From Bdellovibrionota bacterium (GTDB taxonomy: Bacteria; Bdellovibrionota_C; UBA2361; OMII01): 48,551 nucleotides of DNA. Below are positions 28,180 through 39,745 of this stretch, one piece after another. Positions within the stretch are counted from its first letter, which is position 1. The number at the start of each line of letters is the position of its first letter. The stretch is from assembly GCA_044345405.1 (NCBI GenBank), contig JBIJBE010000025.1:1-48551 (forward strand), written 5' to 3'. The notes beneath the pieces are model-generated. The model ran no database searches. It had not been told where the DNA came from and saw nothing but the letters and a program-made list of their open reading frames with translations. Both the position numbers and the translations under genes were made by a program.

Positions 28180-29034
28180 TCAGCGGCTCTCAGCGACTCC
28201 TCGCTGAAACGATATGGAGTGCCGCCCCAAGGAGACTCGCGCGATCGGCACCTCGCTAAGCTCAGCGTAGAGCAGAAGTGCCGCGAGGGCGCGCATATCT
28301 AAGCAGTGTCCGTTAATCCGGACCTCCCCTTCAGGAGTGAGCGATCGCAGGGCATTCTCTATCACCTTCCACGAACGAGAAGCCCTCGTTCCTGGTGGAG
28401 AAACGACCTCCAGGAAGTCATTAGCTTTCTCTACGGGAATACTTCCGGGCCCACCATCAAAGATATCCCTAGCGATGCATGAGACCTCAAGGAGTCGCTC
28501 AGAGGGTATCTGGTAGCGATCAACCAAGGTGTCCCCGGCTGTCCACGAAACCGCCATGCCCAACGCCTCCGGTATCAAGATGTAGCGATATCGATCATGC
28601 TCTACGGGCCAATCGTTCAGCATCGAAAATTGAAGCGTGCGTACTCCGAGGTCGCTCGGATACTCACGGAGGTCGATGTCGGCGGCGGTAATACGATCGG
28701 GAGTAACCGCGCACTGTTTGATTAGATATCGCTCAATGTCTCCAAGCCCCGCTCCAACGACCAGGAGATGCTCTCCTCCATGAAGGTTCTGGATCAGATC
28801 GCGCGTGAGCAACCCACCCTCAGCGTGATGCAGGGGCGAGAAGTACACCCATCGCATCGGGTTTTCCTCTCCACGGCTCTTGAGGTGTTGATCGTTAGTA
28901 TCGAGTAGTGCTGGATACATCGCGCGCTGCGCGAGACTCACATTAGCGAGAAACAAAGGGTCGATCGTAGCTTGGCTCACCTCAAGGGGAGCTCTCTCTC
29001 GCGCGCGGGATTCATCAGCCGGATTCATGCCCAC
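28180..29034 (-). CDS. Class I SAM-dependent methyltransferase-like protein
   Basis: LLVVGAGLG motif I, AADID motif II, LRSLTPEGEV. Confidence 0.65.
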   Translation of the reverse strand: MGMNPADESRARERAPLEVSQATIDPLFLANVSLAQRAMYPALLDTNDQHLKSRGEENPMRWVYFSPLHHAEGGLLTRDLIQNLHGGEHLLVVGAGLGDIERYLIKQCAVTPDRITAADIDLREYPSDLGVRTLQFSMLNDWPVEHDRYRYILIPEALGMAVSWTAGDTLVDRYQIPSERLLEVSCIARDIFDGGPGSIPVEKANDFLEVVSPPGTRASRSWKVIENALRSLTPEGEVRINGHCLDMRALAALLLYAELSEVPIARVSLGRHSISFQRGVAESR

Positions 29035-29131
29035 ATTACATACGATCTTACGTTCCTAGGTAAGAGGAGCAACCGAAACATTCACGGAGAGATCCTCAAA
29101 CCGACGGATAGCGACAGCAGGGGGAGCCCGC

Positions 29132-29851
29132 TTATGCAGGCAACGTCTGCATCAATTCCTCAAACATCTTGAGAAAGCGCTCTACGGTCTTCGGATATCC
29201 CTTACCGAAGCGCTTGATGATGCGCTCGTAGAACTCCTCAGGGCTCGTCGCTACGATCAGCTCTGTCCGCCTGAACAGCGGATGTTGATCGAGGATGGTT
29301 CGTCGTCGATTGTAGTAGTTGAGCGTAAGACGAGAGCGCATCGCCTCATGAAAGAACGCGCGCTTCTCAGCGTTGAGGGAGTGAAATACCTTTGCGTACG
29401 ATCGATACTCCTCTCGGCTACTAAAATCACCGAAGCGTTTCCTGCTCTGGAAGAACCGGACGGGATGATACTCAAAGAGCACGCCGTCCACTAAGAAATC
29501 AACCGCAATCGTGTTCCCATTTCTATCTGTACCAATCGGAACCTGAAAGGTAACACCTTGCTGTACGTCGAAGTGCGGAACGAACTGTTGAAGGAGCGCC
29601 GCGCAGATCGCCTCTGAGCGAGAACAGAACTTAACCGGGTCCTCGCAATTGGCGATGGAGATATCGATCGTAATCTCAGCGGAACGGTCTTGATTTCGCG
29701 GATGATCGTGGTGGCGTTTGTGACGGCGTCGGCGGTGAGGTCGGGGCTCAGCATCGTCAACGAATTCATCGAGATTGGAGCCGGGAGATTCTAACAACAC
29801 GTCGCGGGAATTAGCTGCGGAGTCTTCTTTCAAGACACCCCTCCTTTTCAA
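29132..29851 (-). CDS. Hypothetical protein with PD-(D/E)XK/Vsr-like motif
   Basis: SRSEAICAALL...VDFLVDGVLFEYHP; basic His/Arg-rich N-terminus. Confidence 0.55.
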   Translation of the reverse strand: MKRRGVLKEDSAANSRDVLLESPGSNLDEFVDDAEPRPHRRRRHKRHHDHPRNQDRSAEITIDISIANCEDPVKFCSRSEAICAALLQQFVPHFDVQQGVTFQVPIGTDRNGNTIAVDFLVDGVLFEYHPVRFFQSRKRFGDFSSREEYRSYAKVFHSLNAEKRAFFHEAMRSRLTLNYYNRRRTILDQHPLFRRTELIVATSPEEFYERIIKRFGKGYPKTVERFLKMFEELMQTLPA

Positions 29852-30036
29852 CCCTTGAGAAAGCTCCTTCCTGGAACCTTCATACTAAGTACGATGAGAA
29901 AGATGGGCCGTTGGATTCCGTTGTACGTCGCTTTTTATGATTTTTATCGCTGGAACTATCGAAAACAACTCATTTTCCGCCCACAATCGGGCCGGCGCTG
30001 CGATCAACGCGCGCGATGTTCTAATCAGCAAAACCC

Positions 30037-30753
30037 CTACTCAAGGTCAGTAACAACGAGACACTCCTTGGCCTTGAGAGCGAGCTTCGATGGACACGCC
30101 TCTACCGCAACTGAGTTGTCGTTGAACGCGCTCCATGCGGCTCGCTTTCCCTCGCCGAGAGCCAGGATCACACTAAGTTCCGCGCCGGTGATAAGCGCGG
30201 GGCTCGCCGACATTCTGTCAGCGGGAGGCTTCGGGGAGTCGTGAAAGTGCACGAAGGTCTCCCCCTTCTCAGCGAGCGCGGGATGGTGGGGGAAGAGCCC
30301 CGCGATGTGACCATCCTCGCCAACGCCAAGAACGACGACGGTGAACTTGCCACCGACAGATCGAAGCTCCTCACGATACGACCCGCACCCGAAATCGCTC
30401 TGCGTTGTATCGGTGACGAACGGGTGAAGCTGCGCGTTGGAGATAACGCTTCCTTCAACGAGCTTGTCGAAGAGGAGGCGTTTCAGACCTCCGTAGTTAC
30501 TTTGATCATCGGTCAGTGGAACGAGCCGCTCATCCACCATGAAGAATTGAATTCGACCGAGAAGATCTCGTGGTTGATTCGCTGATTCACTTTGAAGCGC
30601 GCCAAGGAGACCGACGACACTTCTACCCCCACACAACCCGACAACGAGTGGCTCCTGAGGTCCCTTGCTTTTACACACCTCAAAGATCTTTTGCGCGACC
30701 TGACGTAACGCCCCTTCTACATTTCCCTGAGATCGAATCACCGTGGCAGTCAT
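30037..30753 (-). CDS. pgl: 6-phosphogluconolactonase
   Basis: GLCGGRS, VDERLVP..DDQSN, LGVGEDGHIAGLFP, DSPKPPADRMS. Confidence 0.85.
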   Translation of the reverse strand: MTATVIRSQGNVEGALRQVAQKIFEVCKSKGPQEPLVVGLCGGRSVVGLLGALQSESANQPRDLLGRIQFFMVDERLVPLTDDQSNYGGLKRLLFDKLVEGSVISNAQLHPFVTDTTQSDFGCGSYREELRSVGGKFTVVVLGVGEDGHIAGLFPHHPALAEKGETFVHFHDSPKPPADRMSASPALITGAELSVILALGEGKRAAWSAFNDNSVAVEACPSKLALKAKECLVVTDLE

Positions 30754-30755
30754 CC

Positions 30756-32852
30756 CTATTTCTCCTTCACATCCCACACCGGTGACTCATTCACGCCACC
30801 AATCATCATCTTCTCAATCCGCGCCCGATACGCGGCGCTTACTGGATCATGCGTCAGCCCCGCAAAGAGAGCGTGAGCCTCTCGCGCCTTTCCCTCCTCG
30901 AAGAGGGAGAGCGCATCATGATACGTCCCGAGGTCACGAACAAGATCTGTGGCGCTCGTACTATCAACAGGCTCATAGATAACGACAGGCTCACCCCGTC
31001 CCACCACCTTCACGCTGCCGAGCTTTCGCCACGCGATGCCGGATACATCCGGTACCTTCGTCGCCTCAGAGGCGATGGTGTAACTGCCGAACACCTTGTT
31101 AACTCCCTCAAGACGGGACGCGACGTTCGCCGCGTCACCGATCATGGTGTAATTGAATCGAAGATCTGAGCCGAAGTTTCCAACCGAAACCATCCCGGTG
31201 TGAATCCCGATCCTCATACGGGGTCTAATACCGAAACTTCGCTCGAACTCCGGCGCAAGCTCGTTCAGGCGACGCTGACACGCAATCGCCGCGTTCACCG
31301 CTCTCGCACGGTGGTCGGTAATCGCGAGTGGAGCGTTCCAAAAAGCGATGATGGCGTCTCCCTGATACTTATCAAGGGTCCCGCCACTCGCCAGGATGAT
31401 ATTCGACATCTCCGATAGAAAGCGATTCAGGAACTGTACAAGTTGATCAGGTGGGAGACGTTCGGAGATGCCTGTGAATCCCTGAATGTCACTAAAGAAG
31501 ATCGTTAATTCCCGACGTTCGCCACCAAGACGCAGCTTCGCGGGATCTTTCACGATCGCCTCGATCACCTCCGGAGACATGTAGTGTCGGAACGCCTTTC
31601 GAATGAAGCGGTGCTGCCTTCCCTCGAGCTGATACTGTAAAACCGCGGTCGCGATCGTCACAAAGACAAGACCAACGAGCGTGGTTACCATCGGCACCCA
31701 CCACCCAAGGAAAGCAGCGACGTAACACCCTGCTATCCACGCCGGGAGCGTAAGGCCCTGCGCGAACCCGCCTCCACGCTTGAGTGACAATCCCAGGACA
31801 CACGAAAGAGCGAGGACGACTAGTGAAACAAAAAACGTCCCTACGTGCGGTAGTTCCCGAAGAAAAGAGCGATCGAGGAGATTACTCAAGATAGTAGCGT
31901 TCACCTCAACACCGGGATACGCGTCATCGAACGGCGTGCCACGAAGATCGAGAAGTCCGGGAGCGCTCCCACCGATCAACACATACGCGTCCTTAAACTC
32001 GCTTCGTGGAATCCGCGGTTCAAGCCCCTCCGCGACACGGATCGCGCTTGAGAGCACCGCACCGATAGAATAGGTCTGAAACGTCTGCGCTGGGCCGTAG
32101 TAGCGGATAAGGAGTTCGCCGAGCGGATTCTGACGCTCCCGTAACCATTCGCCAGCGCCATCAGCGCCCCGCGTTGTCGCGTACAAGGCGAACGGTAGGG
32201 AGAGAACGGGGGTCTCTCCAAGATGGGCACCGGGTTGGGTGTGTCGAACGATCTGATCCTCATCGGCGGCCGATGTTACATTTCCGAACGCGGCGCTTGT
32301 TTGGAGCAACTCATCGAATGGCAGCGCGCCACTCGCGAAAACCGGTCGCGAGGCCCCAGCGAGATAGGGGTCGATCACCGCGCGGGCGGATTGCTGTCGA
32401 TCACTGAAAACCTTGAGGTCGCGCTGACGTTCATCACCACCACCCCGTTGCAACGCGACCGCGCTTACAACCGGAAGGGAACTTCGCACTTTTTGAGCGA
32501 ACTGCTCATCGTCATGAGCCTCGTTCGAATGTTCAGTAAAGAGAAGGTCGAACGCGACCCCTTTTGCTCCAGAAGTGGTGAGATAGTCGAGGATCGGATT
32601 GTATACTGAGCGAGGCCAGGGCCAACCTAGTCCCATCTCCCGAGAGACGTACTCAAGAGAGCTTTGATCGATCGTGATGATTTTAACGTTGGGATTGTGC
32701 GCGCTTCGGTGCGCAACCGAGCGAACACGCCAATCCCAGGTCCGCTGCTCGATGGTGTCGAAAATGCCACCCCACAAACCAACACCGACGAGGAGGGCGG
32801 CGGCCACCCAAATAAAAAGCCCACCCTGCGCTCGCTTCCTCTCTGTCGACAT
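30756..32852 (-). CDS. CHASE2-domain class III adenylate/guanylate cyclase
   Basis: WPWPRSVY CHASE2, three TMs, FFSDIQGFT, LDKYQGDA, YTMIGDAANVASRLEG. Confidence 0.92.
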   Translation of the reverse strand: MSTERKRAQGGLFIWVAAALLVGVGLWGGIFDTIEQRTWDWRVRSVAHRSAHNPNVKIITIDQSSLEYVSREMGLGWPWPRSVYNPILDYLTTSGAKGVAFDLLFTEHSNEAHDDEQFAQKVRSSLPVVSAVALQRGGGDERQRDLKVFSDRQQSARAVIDPYLAGASRPVFASGALPFDELLQTSAAFGNVTSAADEDQIVRHTQPGAHLGETPVLSLPFALYATTRGADGAGEWLRERQNPLGELLIRYYGPAQTFQTYSIGAVLSSAIRVAEGLEPRIPRSEFKDAYVLIGGSAPGLLDLRGTPFDDAYPGVEVNATILSNLLDRSFLRELPHVGTFFVSLVVLALSCVLGLSLKRGGGFAQGLTLPAWIAGCYVAAFLGWWVPMVTTLVGLVFVTIATAVLQYQLEGRQHRFIRKAFRHYMSPEVIEAIVKDPAKLRLGGERRELTIFFSDIQGFTGISERLPPDQLVQFLNRFLSEMSNIILASGGTLDKYQGDAIIAFWNAPLAITDHRARAVNAAIACQRRLNELAPEFERSFGIRPRMRIGIHTGMVSVGNFGSDLRFNYTMIGDAANVASRLEGVNKVFGSYTIASEATKVPDVSGIAWRKLGSVKVVGRGEPVVIYEPVDSTSATDLVRDLGTYHDALSLFEEGKAREAHALFAGLTHDPVSAAYRARIEKMMIGGVNESPVWDVKEK

Positions 32853-32924
32853 AATGTAGTATACGATTTCACGCGCCTAGGAATCTGTAAACACCCCGCT
32901 ACGCCTGACGAGGACGCCGGCATC

Positions 32925-34001
32925 ATGATAGCTATCTCCCCTTGCACATCGTGGCTTGCAAAACTACTCGGGGTGGTAGCTTCCTTGGTCGTCGTCGCCC
33001 CTTCCTACCTTGCGTTCGGAGAGCCAACGGAACCACTCACGGTTGGAGCGTTCGTTGATACCTACATCGCGCATGACTTCAACCATCTCCCCACCCGCTA
33101 CCGGCCCTACACAACGCAGCCATACTACTCCGATGAATTCGCGCTCAACCTCGGCTACGTCGATGCGGTCCTTTCAACTGACCGATTCCGCGGGAGGCTC
33201 GCCCTTCAGTACGGCTCCTCGGTCATCGCGAACTACGCCGCCGAGCCCCATGAGTTTATGCGTTACTTCCAAGAGGCGTATGGAGGGGTTGCCCTCTCCG
33301 ATTCATGGAAAATCGATGCTGGAATATTTGCCTCCCACATCGGGCTGGAAACATGGATATCCCGGGATAATGTCACGCCGAGTCGATCGTTCGTTGCCGA
33401 TTATTCCCCGTACTATCAAACAGGTGTGCGAAGTATTCACGACATTTCAGAGCAGGTTCACCTTGAACTTCACGTGATCCGCGGTTGGCAGAACATGACT
33501 GACGACCGAAACGTGTCCTACGGAACCCAGGTGGCGTATAGCCCAAGGGACGATCTTAACCTGATCTACAACACCTTTATAGGCGACGAGGATGGCTTGC
33601 GAGTATTTAACAACATAATCATCAAACACTCATTTACAGATAATTTTGGTATAGGCGCGAGCTTTGATCTAGGCGCCCAGAACCGAAACGACGAATCCCG
33701 CGCGTGGTGGCACGGCTGGACGATCGTACCGCACTACCGTATCAACGAAACCTACGCTATCGCGGGGCGAGTCGAGCGCTACGACGATCCCGACCAGATC
33801 ATGATCCAAACTCTCTCAGGGAAGAGCTTCAATACCACCGGACTCTCGGTGAACCTCGATACGACGATCATTCCAAACCTCATCTGGCGAAATGAGTATC
33901 GGGTCTTCCTAAGCACCCAGGATGTCTTTCCGCGACATGAAGGCTTCTCGGCGTCGGATAGCTTCGTGATGACGTCGTTGATTTATTCGGTGGGGACGTG
34001 A
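32925..34001 (+). CDS. Outer-membrane beta-barrel porin (BBP2/OmpL-like)
   Basis: Signal peptide, FVDTYIAHDFN, FQEAYGG, AGIFASHIGLE, SPYYQTGVR. Confidence 0.75.
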   Translation: MIAISPCTSWLAKLLGVVASLVVVAPSYLAFGEPTEPLTVGAFVDTYIAHDFNHLPTRYRPYTTQPYYSDEFALNLGYVDAVLSTDRFRGRLALQYGSSVIANYAAEPHEFMRYFQEAYGGVALSDSWKIDAGIFASHIGLETWISRDNVTPSRSFVADYSPYYQTGVRSIHDISEQVHLELHVIRGWQNMTDDRNVSYGTQVAYSPRDDLNLIYNTFIGDEDGLRVFNNIIIKHSFTDNFGIGASFDLGAQNRNDESRAWWHGWTIVPHYRINETYAIAGRVERYDDPDQIMIQTLSGKSFNTTGLSVNLDTTIIPNLIWRNEYRVFLSTQDVFPRHEGFSASDSFVMTSLIYSVGT

Positions 34002-34015
34002 GGCGCGGGCATTAG

Positions 34016-34149
34016 ACCCGTGACAAGGGAGGGCGGTCATTCCTGACCGCCGGGTTGCGTAAGGCGAAATTCGGTTGCGATGTGGAACCTTTTCGGCGAC
34101 CAGGATCCCCCTTCGCCGAGGCTTCGGCGGACAAGCTGGTCGCCCTCCC
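34016..34149 (+). repeat. REP-like palindromic element, copy 2
   Basis: GGGAGGGCGGTCATTCCTGACCGCC...TTCGGCGACCAGGATCC...GGACAAGCTGGTCGCCCTCCC, matches the reverse complement of 8258-8389. Confidence 0.85.
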
Positions 34150-34308
34150 GCCGTACGAATTCGCGCAATCGTTCCCCCAAATTTCCATAATAATCCCGCT
34201 CCCCTATTGAAGATTCCGCCATACATTCCGTCTACGGTTAGTTCGCCTCATGTTAGCCGCCTAACCGGTCGATATTACATGCGGTTCTGATAGACTACCC
34301 CGTTCACC

Positions 34309-36003
34309 ATGTTGTTTTTGAAACGCTCACTCCGCATCCTCACCCTCTTCGCTCTCGTTGTGTACCTTGCGACGACTACCTCGCTCGCCGACGTTACGCC
34401 GCCACCGACCGAGGTCGCCTCTGAAACGATAGCCGTCGATCCGGAGCTCCGCTCCCCCAGAACAACACTCGCCTACTTCCTGGCGATGATGCGGCCCGTA
34501 GAGGGAGACGCCGATCTCCAACGAGCGATCAAAGCGCTCGATACCTCTGACCTTCCTGAGCTGGTACGAGAGGAGCGCGCTAAGGAGATAGCGATAAAGC
34601 TCTATACGGTCCTCGCCTTCAAGGAGATCGCTCCAGGGAAGGTTCCAACGGCCGCATCCACCTCCCCGATCCAGATCGGCGAAGTCAACGGGTACGGTAT
34701 CTACCTTGAGCAAACCGGTCCAAATTGGAGATTCAGTCGCGCGACCGTCAACGACGTGCCCGATATCTTCCGCGAGATCGAGCACAACCTCTCGAAGAAG
34801 GAGATGCGAAAACTCGGAGGTACCACCGCGACGTGGCTTACCATTCGATCCTACGTCCCCGAACAACTCAAAAGCACCACGTTTATCCTTGAGGATTGGC
34901 ATTGGGTCGCGGCCGCGTTTACACTACTCGCGACCTTCTTGGTGCAGTATACCCTCGTATTTCTGATTCAGCGGGTCTTCTCTCGGGTATTTCCCTCGCG
35001 CTTCTCCGCCGACCAAAAGGAGGTTTTCGCGTCGATTCGAAAACCGATCTTCGTGATCGTATTCACCTCCGCGCTTCAACTCTTTCTCTCGTCATTTGAC
35101 CTCGCAATCGACTTCTACACCTTCGTTATCACATGGATCTCGACTATTCGGATCATCGCTATCATGGTGCTGGCGATCCGACTCATCCCAATGTTTACGG
35201 CGCGTGTTAATCGATTCGCGGCGGAAGCGACCTCTGTCACCGAGGAGATCCTCTATCCTCTTGTTGAAAAAGCGGCATGGCTCTGTATCCTCCTCATCGG
35301 CTCCGCACAGATCCTGTGGACCCACGGTGTGAACGTTTCCGGTCTCGCCGCGGGACTCGGACTAGGAGGTCTCGCGTTCGCTCTCGCCGCGAAGGATACC
35401 GTTGAGAATATCTTCGGCGCCGTCGCGATTCTGATCGATCAACCGTTTCGCGTTGGGGATAACATCTCGATGGGCGGACTGATGGGAACAGTTGAACACA
35501 TCGGACTGCGCTCGACCCGCATCCGAACACCTGAGAATTCTCTTGTGTCCCTGCCCAACTCAAAGATCATCGCCTCGCACGTTGATAACCTCGGCGCCCG
35601 CACCTCCGTTCGTGTGCGAACGATCCTCAATCTTCCACTCTCTACTTCACCATCATCGATCGAGGCGCTGTGCGCCGGTGTTCGCGCTATCTTGGAGTCG
35701 CACCCCCTCTGCGTTCGCGACTCAATCGTAGTGCACTTTAATGAGTTCAACCCGTCGAGCCTTGGGGTGCTCATTCAGTTTAATATAACCCTTCAAACGT
35801 GGGCCGATGAGCAACGTCGCAAAGAGGAGATCTTTCTCGCGATTATCCGTCTCCTCGGAGAGCTGGGGCTCTCCCTCGCGGTTCCGATACAAGAGATAGC
35901 CGTTAAGACGACTCCATCGGAACCGACCTCCACGCCAGCTAGCGTGGACGGCGTTGAAGCGTTTAAAAGGCTGGGAATCTCCTGGAACAAAACATCCCAA
36001 TAA
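34309..36003 (+). CDS. MscS-family mechanosensitive channel with periplasmic N-domain
   Basis: SPRTTL N-domain, GLGLGGLAFALAAKDTVENIFG, DQPFRVGD, IGLRSTRIRT. Confidence 0.92.
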   Translation: MLFLKRSLRILTLFALVVYLATTTSLADVTPPPTEVASETIAVDPELRSPRTTLAYFLAMMRPVEGDADLQRAIKALDTSDLPELVREERAKEIAIKLYTVLAFKEIAPGKVPTAASTSPIQIGEVNGYGIYLEQTGPNWRFSRATVNDVPDIFREIEHNLSKKEMRKLGGTTATWLTIRSYVPEQLKSTTFILEDWHWVAAAFTLLATFLVQYTLVFLIQRVFSRVFPSRFSADQKEVFASIRKPIFVIVFTSALQLFLSSFDLAIDFYTFVITWISTIRIIAIMVLAIRLIPMFTARVNRFAAEATSVTEEILYPLVEKAAWLCILLIGSAQILWTHGVNVSGLAAGLGLGGLAFALAAKDTVENIFGAVAILIDQPFRVGDNISMGGLMGTVEHIGLRSTRIRTPENSLVSLPNSKIIASHVDNLGARTSVRVRTILNLPLSTSPSSIEALCAGVRAILESHPLCVRDSIVVHFNEFNPSSLGVLIQFNITLQTWADEQRRKEEIFLAIIRLLGELGLSLAVPIQEIAVKTTPSEPTSTPASVDGVEAFKRLGISWNKTSQ

Positions 36004-36061
36004 GGCGCCTTGACCGAGAAAGCGCCGTCGGGCTTACTGCCCTGAAGGAGAGAATAGTCAC

Positions 36062-36700
36062 GTGCGACAGAAAGGGCGTCAAACCCACAAGATAACGGAA
36101 GGACGAGAGACCTGCTATGCCTGCTATCGACCAGCGACGCAGTGCCTGTGTGGGTACCTCAAGCCATTTGAGGCCCACACCAATCTTCTTCTCTTGCAGC
36201 ATCCGAACGAGTGGCGGAAGTACTACTCAACCGCGAAGCTCGTGCGAAACTCCATCGCGAACGCTGAACTGTGGAGAGGAGTTGAATTTTCACCCGAAAA
36301 ACTACAGACAGCTATCACCGCTCGCGAGACGTTCCTTCTCTATCCCGGAAAAGATGCTGTTGATTGCGAAGATATCGCGCTCTCCCCAAGCTCTCAGATA
36401 ATCGTAATCGACGGTACATGGGATGAGGCGCAGAAGATAGTGTATCGGAATCAGGTGCTACACTCGGTCCCTCGCATCTCTTTCCGAAAGCCGATCATCT
36501 CGACGTACCGAATTCGAAGACCGCCAAAGGGAGGCTACCTCAGCACCGTTGAATCGATCGCTCACCTTCTTATTTTAAACGCGGTAGTTTCCGGTGCCGC
36601 GCATAAGATCCCAAGCTATCAGGGCCTCTTTGAGCTCTTTAACGAGATGGTCAATCGTCAGCTTAAGCACATGGGGCGAGAAGCGGAGATACGGGTGTAG
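36062..36700 (+). CDS. DTW-domain tRNA-uridine aminocarboxypropyltransferase
   Basis: CYACYR..QCLC, LLQHPNE, IDGTW, YRIRR, LSTVES. Confidence 0.88.
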   Translation: MRQKGRQTHKITEGRETCYACYRPATQCLCGYLKPFEAHTNLLLLQHPNEWRKYYSTAKLVRNSIANAELWRGVEFSPEKLQTAITARETFLLYPGKDAVDCEDIALSPSSQIIVIDGTWDEAQKIVYRNQVLHSVPRISFRKPIISTYRIRRPPKGGYLSTVESIAHLLILNAVVSGAAHKIPSYQGLFELFNEMVNRQLKHMGREAEIRV

Positions 36701-36732
36701 GGGGTCCGTCCAAAGGTGCGGACTCTTGAACT

Positions 36733-36762
36733 GGGAGGGCGGTCATTCCTGACCGCCGCGTT
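36733..36762 (+). repeat. REP-like element, partial copy 3
   Basis: GGGAGGGCGGTCATTCCTGACCGCCGCGTT between convergent genes. Confidence 0.8.
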
Positions 36763-36785
36763 ACAAGAGGCACGAAGGCCTCTCT

Positions 36786-37703
36786 CTACCGCCCAAACAC
36801 CTTCCGAAACCGCCCCGTCCGAGCCTGCGACGGCGCCCCAGCGTCACTGAACGTAAACTCATCCTGAAGCTCCTCAATCCGATCCGCCGGAGCCGGGTGT
36901 GTAGCGAACCATCCACCGCTTTCCTTTCCTGTCTCGGTCTCAAGGATCTTCAACACTCGCACGAGTGCGTCAGGATCGTATCCCGCTCGTTGCATGAGCT
37001 GCGCTGCATAGAGATCGGCACGATACTCTTGAGAGCGATCGAATCCTTTGGTGAGAAGTTTTTCCACAACACCATCAGCGCTCTCAGAGAGCGCGTTCGT
37101 GAGGAGCGCGACTTCTGGAGCTCCCACTTGACCCGCGGCGACCGAGGCCCCCTGCATAGAAGCCTCTGAGAGAGCCGAAAATAATTTCGCGTTCGAGATC
37201 GCGTTTGCGCCGTCCCGACGCGCGACGTGCGCAATCTCGTGAGCAAGCACCGCGGCGAGCGCGTCCTCATCGGGCAGCACTTTGATAAATCCGGATGAGA
37301 TATACACAAATCCACCTGGGGCCGACATCGCGTTGATAGTCGGCGAATCAATAACCGCGAAGTGGTAGCCACCAAAGGTCTCGGGGGTGTCAGAGACACT
37401 CACGAGTGCCATCCCGATCTCGTTGATATACTTGGTCTTAGCGGAGTCGAGCTTTGGTGGATACGAGCTCAGAAGTTTCGATGACACGGCGCGACCGAGG
37501 TAGTACTCCTGCTCTGCGGTGAGTTCCTCTTGAGAGGCGACCACCTTTCGACCGGCGGAAAGGAACCCTTGCGCTTGCGTGGCGTCGACATACCCTGTCG
37601 CCGCGATTGCGCTGGCGCCGATCTGATCGAGCGAGGTGTTGGCGCATCCGAAAAGAGAAGCGCCACAAAGCGAAGTTACAAAAACGCGGGATAGAGCTCT
37701 CAT
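36786..37703 (-). CDS. M48-family metalloprotease lipoprotein
   Basis: Lipobox LFGC, INAMSAPGG, LAHEIAH, EYRAD, THP..RI. Confidence 0.9.
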   Translation of the reverse strand: MRALSRVFVTSLCGASLFGCANTSLDQIGASAIAATGYVDATQAQGFLSAGRKVVASQEELTAEQEYYLGRAVSSKLLSSYPPKLDSAKTKYINEIGMALVSVSDTPETFGGYHFAVIDSPTINAMSAPGGFVYISSGFIKVLPDEDALAAVLAHEIAHVARRDGANAISNAKLFSALSEASMQGASVAAGQVGAPEVALLTNALSESADGVVEKLLTKGFDRSQEYRADLYAAQLMQRAGYDPDALVRVLKILETETGKESGGWFATHPAPADRIEELQDEFTFSDAGAPSQARTGRFRKVFGR

Positions 37704-37704
37704 C

Positions 37705-38157
37705 TTACTTTAGCCCTCCCTGTTTCACGAATTGCGCAACCTCAGCTGGTGAGGCTTTTGCCTCACGTTCCACACGATTCACAAGGTCAAAGCGAGCGCT
37801 TGCATCCTGCTTTTGAAAGCTCTGCTCTATCTCTTTACTAAATCCCTTACCGGCGAGAACCAACTCGCCCGAGTCCGCCTGCACCTTGGCGACATCAGCG
37901 GTCGAAAAGACGATAGCTTTTGGGGAGACCGCTGAGAGGGGAAGATACCCCTGTTGCCCGCCGGCGCGCACAGAGACCCATCCATTCTCCTCGCCCAACT
38001 TCGATACCTTCTCACCGTATCGAAGGGAGGAAACGGTGGAAGCGTAAAAAAGCGGCTTGCTTCGAAGGCGCGACTCACGTACCTGCACCCACATATCATC
38101 CGCGTAGCTGGGGAGAGCGAACGCGCACGTAGCGACCACGATCCAAAGATGCTTCAT
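37705..38157 (-). CDS. Secreted SH3-domain protein
   Basis: Signal peptide, LRSKP...LRYGEKV...NGWVSV...GYL, LAGKGFSKEIE motif; alternative TTG start 38193. Confidence 0.8.
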   Translation of the reverse strand: MKHLWIVVATCAFALPSYADDMWVQVRESRLRSKPLFYASTVSSLRYGEKVSKLGEENGWVSVRAGGQQGYLPLSAVSPKAIVFSTADVAKVQADSGELVLAGKGFSKEIEQSFQKQDASARFDLVNRVEREAKASPAEVAQFVKQGGLK

Positions 38158-38179
38158 AGATCTCGGTATCGCCCGGGAC

Positions 38180-39550
<1,371 letters not shown>

Positions 39551-39627
39551 CTAGAAGCCCTCTGATATACCGAATACTCCCTCGGTTGGGAACATTTAGT
39601 TACCGAAAGGCGTTAGGCCCCTGACCC

Positions 39628-39657
39628 GTGAACGTGCTCGTAAACGTGAACGTACAC
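39628..39657. repeat. GTNNNC hexamer array (5 units)
   Basis: GTGAAC GTGCTC GTAAAC GTGAAC GTACAC. Confidence 0.6.
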
Positions 39658-39745
39658 ATTACCGGGCCGGGGGAAGCTGGCTATCTCGATTCAGATCCTT
39701 CGCAAGCTTGAATGCCCTACCACCTTTGTCTAGACTCCGACTCCT

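Noticed and set aside
32664-32924. Long N-terminal extension of the porin ORF
   Set aside because: Overlaps the cyclase start on the opposite strand; the signal peptide begins near ATG 32925
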